A DNA stretch of 63,285 nucleotides. Source: an uncultured Treponema sp. (GTDB taxonomy: Bacteria; Spirochaetota; Spirochaetia; Treponematales; Treponemataceae). The translations under genes and the position numbers were made by a program. This document shows, piece by piece, positions 60,608 through 63,285 of the stretch (positions are counted from its first letter, which is position 1; every line of letters begins with the position of its first letter). The notes below the pieces were generated by a model. The model saw only the letters and a list, made by a program, of their open reading frames with translations, had not been told where the DNA came from and did not search any database. The DNA is taken from contig CAMEET010000001.1 in the NCBI GenBank assembly GCA_945915085.1, positions 1-63,285 on the forward strand, written 5' to 3'.

Positions 60608-62050
60608 ATGCTTGAAAAAATTACTGGAACTTTTAGTGGAATTATAAGAAAAATCAGTGGAAAATCGACTATCACTGAAAAAAATATCGAAGAAGCTGTT
60701 GATGAAATTAAAATGGCTCTTTTGGAAGCCGATGTAAATCTTCGTGTTGTCCGCAGATTTGTAAATTCAACGATTGAGGAAGCCAAAGGTGAAAAGGTTT
60801 TAAAATCTGTAAATCCTGGTCAGCAGTTTACAAAAATACTGTATGATAAGATGGTTTCTATGCTTGGGGATTCTAAGCAGGATTTACATCTGAAAGGACC
60901 AGATACTCAGTCTGTAATTTTAATGCTTGGTTTACAGGGGGCTGGTAAAACTACAGCAGCTCACAAACTTGCTGCCCGTCTTGTAAAAGATGGAAGAAAG
61001 CCACTTCTTGCTGCATGTGATCTTGTTCGTCCTGCTGCTGTTGAACAGCTTTCTGTTTTGGGTCAAAAAATTGGAGTTCCAGTTTATAAAGAAAATTCCA
61101 AAGATGCAGTAAAAAATGCGAAAGAAGCGATTGATTTTGCAAAAAAGAATGGTTATGACACAATTATTATAGATACAGCAGGTCGTCTTCAGATTGATGA
61201 AGAGATGATGGCTGAACTTGTAAAAATCAAAAAGGTTACTGAACCTGTGGAAGTTTTACTTGTTGCAGATTCTATGACAGGTCAGAATGCTGTAGATATT
61301 GCTAAATCTTTTGATGAGCAGCTTGGTTTGACTGGTGTTATTCTGACAAAATTTGATTCTGATGCACGAGGTGGTGCTGCACTTTCTTTGAAAACAATTA
61401 CCGGTAAACCAATTTTATTTATTGGTACTGGTGAAAAAACTGAAGATTTTGAAGTTTTCCATCCTGATCGAATTGCCAGTAGAATTCTTGGTATGGGTGA
61501 TGTTGTTTCTCTTGTTGAAAAGGCACAGGAAACAGTTGATGCTGAACAGGCTTTGAAATTACAAAAGAAAATGGCTCGTAATGAGTTTACTCTGCAAGAT
61601 ATGCTTGAACAATTCCAGTCTGTGAAGAAAATGGGAAATATGCAGTCGATTATCGATATGATTCCGGGAATGAGCGGTGTTGATGCTTCTGCTATGGATA
61701 TGGGCGGAATGAAAAAAAATGAAGCAATCATTCAGAGTATGACTTATAAAGAGAGAATGAATCATTTGATTATTGGTCCAAGCCGCAGAAAGAGAATCGC
61801 AAAAGGTTCTGGAACTAGTGTTGCTGATGTAAATAAACTTTTGAAGCAGTTTGAAAAAACAAAACTGATGATGAAAAAAGTAAGCCGAAACCGTGGAATG
61901 CAGGGTAAGATGATGAATCAGCTTGGTTTGAATTCTGGTTTTTCAAATGGAATGGGGGGCATGGGAAATGCACTCGGCGGTCTTGATCCAAGTTCTTTGA
62001 AAGGAATGGACATGAAAAAATTGCAGGAACTTGCAAAAAGACTTAAATAA
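60608..62050 (+). CDS. ffh: Signal recognition particle protein Ffh
   Basis: ALLEADV, GLQGAGKTT, DTAGR, TKFD.DARGGAALS, M domain SRRKRIAKGSG. Confidence 0.97.
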   Translation: MLEKITGTFSGIIRKISGKSTITEKNIEEAVDEIKMALLEADVNLRVVRRFVNSTIEEAKGEKVLKSVNPGQQFTKILYDKMVSMLGDSKQDLHLKGPDTQSVILMLGLQGAGKTTAAHKLAARLVKDGRKPLLAACDLVRPAAVEQLSVLGQKIGVPVYKENSKDAVKNAKEAIDFAKKNGYDTIIIDTAGRLQIDEEMMAELVKIKKVTEPVEVLLVADSMTGQNAVDIAKSFDEQLGLTGVILTKFDSDARGGAALSLKTITGKPILFIGTGEKTEDFEVFHPDRIASRILGMGDVVSLVEKAQETVDAEQALKLQKKMARNEFTLQDMLEQFQSVKKMGNMQSIIDMIPGMSGVDASAMDMGGMKKNEAIIQSMTYKERMNHLIIGPSRRKRIAKGSGTSVADVNKLLKQFEKTKLMMKKVSRNRGMQGKMMNQLGLNSGFSNGMGGMGNALGGLDPSSLKGMDMKKLQELAKRLK

Positions 62051-62065
62051 AATTGAGTATAAATG

Positions 62066-62152
62066 AAAAAAAGAGTTGTCTGATTTGTTTTATCATGTTG
62101 AAATAAATTCGGAATGGTTATAGAATTTGAACTTTTCAGACTGCTCTTTTTT
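62066..62152. terminator. Bidirectional terminator-like inverted repeat
   Basis: AAAAAAGAG.TGTCTGA ... TCAGAC.GCTCTTTTTT between convergent genes. Confidence 0.55.
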
Positions 62153-62174
62153 ATTCTGTGAAAAATCGTAAAAA

Positions 62175-62900
62175 TCAGTTTACAATTATGACAGAGGCAC
62201 TACGTCCATCGTTTGAGTAGATTTTTTGTGGATTTGTATTATCCAAAACTGGTGTGAGTCCTATGTAATAATTGTAATAATATTTTCCTTTTGGAAGCGG
62301 AAGTTCCAATTCATAAAGTCCTGGCGATGTTTCTTTCAATTCATAAATCCATGGATCCCAGTTTGTAAAAGTTCCTGCCAGATTTATGCGCTGTCCTTCT
62401 TCTCCTTTATAAATAAAATGAACGCCTTCTTTCTTTTGAGTTTTTGTGTAAAGTTTGACGCTGTTTGGATCTTCTACTTTGGAAAAATAAAGGTTCATGG
62501 TATTGTCATATTCTGTAAGTGGATTTAATGGATCTGTTGTCCATAATCCGTCGATTACAAGCCGATATTTTAGTGAAGTTTTATTGTGTTGTCTTGTGTA
62601 ACAGTAAAAAAGATGTTTTCGTGTGACTTCTCCATTTTCGTCTGTGTGAGTGAGAAGTTTAAACGGATGCACGATATTATAGTTTTCAAAATCAAATGCA
62701 ATTCCCACGTAACGATGATTTGGATCACTGGTAAATATGATGTAATCTTCGGTGATTACAGGTTTTTGCGGTTTATCTATTTCATGCAAAAGTGTGTCCA
62801 GTTCAAAATTTTGATAATTTGTCTGTTCGGCTGCATAAAGTCCTGCAAAACCGATTGAAAAAAGAGTAATTGCAATCAAAAAAAATATTAATTTTTTCAT
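62175..62900 (-). CDS. Exported protein with CBM48-like (glycogen-binding) domains
   Basis: Signal peptide MKKLIFF. YRLVIDGLWTTDPLNP and LAGTFTNWD...LPKGKYYY motifs. Start re-assigned to 62900. Confidence 0.78.
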   Translation of the reverse strand: MKKLIFFLIAITLFSIGFAGLYAAEQTNYQNFELDTLLHEIDKPQKPVITEDYIIFTSDPNHRYVGIAFDFENYNIVHPFKLLTHTDENGEVTRKHLFYCYTRQHNKTSLKYRLVIDGLWTTDPLNPLTEYDNTMNLYFSKVEDPNSVKLYTKTQKKEGVHFIYKGEEGQRINLAGTFTNWDPWIYELKETSPGLYELELPLPKGKYYYNYYIGLTPVLDNTNPQKIYSNDGRSASVIIVN

Positions 62901-62956
62901 ATTGATTATATCGGAGAAAAAAAAGTGTGAGTTTAGATGAATTTGCACATAAAATA

Positions 62957-62994
62957 GGGACAGACCTTGTGGTGTGAAAAAGGGGGACAGACCT
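62957..62994 (+). repeat. Tandem GGGACAGACCT motifs (27-bp period)
   Basis: Motifs at 62957 and 62984, directly before family D copy 2. Confidence 0.75.
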
Positions 62995-62998
62995 TGGT

Positions 62999-63125
62999 TT
63001 CGCCAGTTGTATACTTTAGGTGCAGGGTTTGAAACTGCACAGCGCACCGAGCGTGGAGCCACCGCCTTGGCGGGTCTGAAAGACCGAAGCGATAGCGGAG
63101 TGGCGGAAGGCGACTGACTAACTGA
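62999..63125 (+). repeat. Structured intergenic repeat family D copy 2 (candidate ncRNA)
   Basis: Same conserved blocks as 58711-58856, with compensatory stem changes. Confidence 0.8.
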
Positions 63126-63285
63126 ATTTTGCTCTAATAACCTCTATAAATTGTAAATATTGGAGAAAAATGTTTAAGTTTGTGGTAAAATATACCGTTG
63201 TTTAAGTGAATAGTTATCTTGTATTTTACAGGTGCGTGGGGTAAAATTATAATATGCCAGGTTTAAGTCAGCTTAAAAAATTTAG

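Noticed and set aside
62908-62935. Sigma28-like TAAA-N16-TCCGATAT upstream of the CBM48 gene
   Set aside because: The spacing is off by one and an overlapping TATAAT explains the site equally well, so it was not called
62901-63062. N-terminal extension of ORF 62175-63062 (likewise malQ 36417-36551 and fliS 39602-39667)
   Set aside because: The extensions run through repeats or promoter DNA. Downstream starts with a signal peptide, SD or -10 box fit better
1-63285. Prophage, IS, integrative element at tRNA-Leu, or defence island
   Set aside because: No integrase, transposase, phage structural or recognisable defence genes, and no duplicated tRNA 3' end was seen

Overview
AT-rich chromosomal segment that reads as a gut or rumen Treponema-type spirochete. 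This is inferred from gene content and order (fliS-flgN, ftsH-lolA-rodZ-rimO-uvrD, yajC-secDF, malQ plus a large GH13). It is mostly housekeeping genes: recQ, tRNA-Leu(CAA), comM/yifB, clpS-clpA, rex-serC-serA, pgi, argR, folA, ispH, ndk, gpsA and ffh. I see no transposase, integrase, phage, cas or clear defence genes. The unusual content is of three kinds. (1) Several families of GC-rich, modular, structured intergenic repeats (A x3, B x3, D x2, E x2) plus a dispersed GGGACAGACCT motif. Families A and D show compensatory base changes and share a junction core, and GNA-loop mini-hairpins recur. (2) At least five enzyme homologues that appear to have lost catalytic residues: desulfoferrodoxin, class-III aminotransferase-like, rhomboid, GH5-like and threonine synthase. 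(3) Many apparently leaderless genes, and a 49-aa YqaE/Pmp3 gene missed by the ORF track. All calls come from reading motifs by eye; no searches were run.
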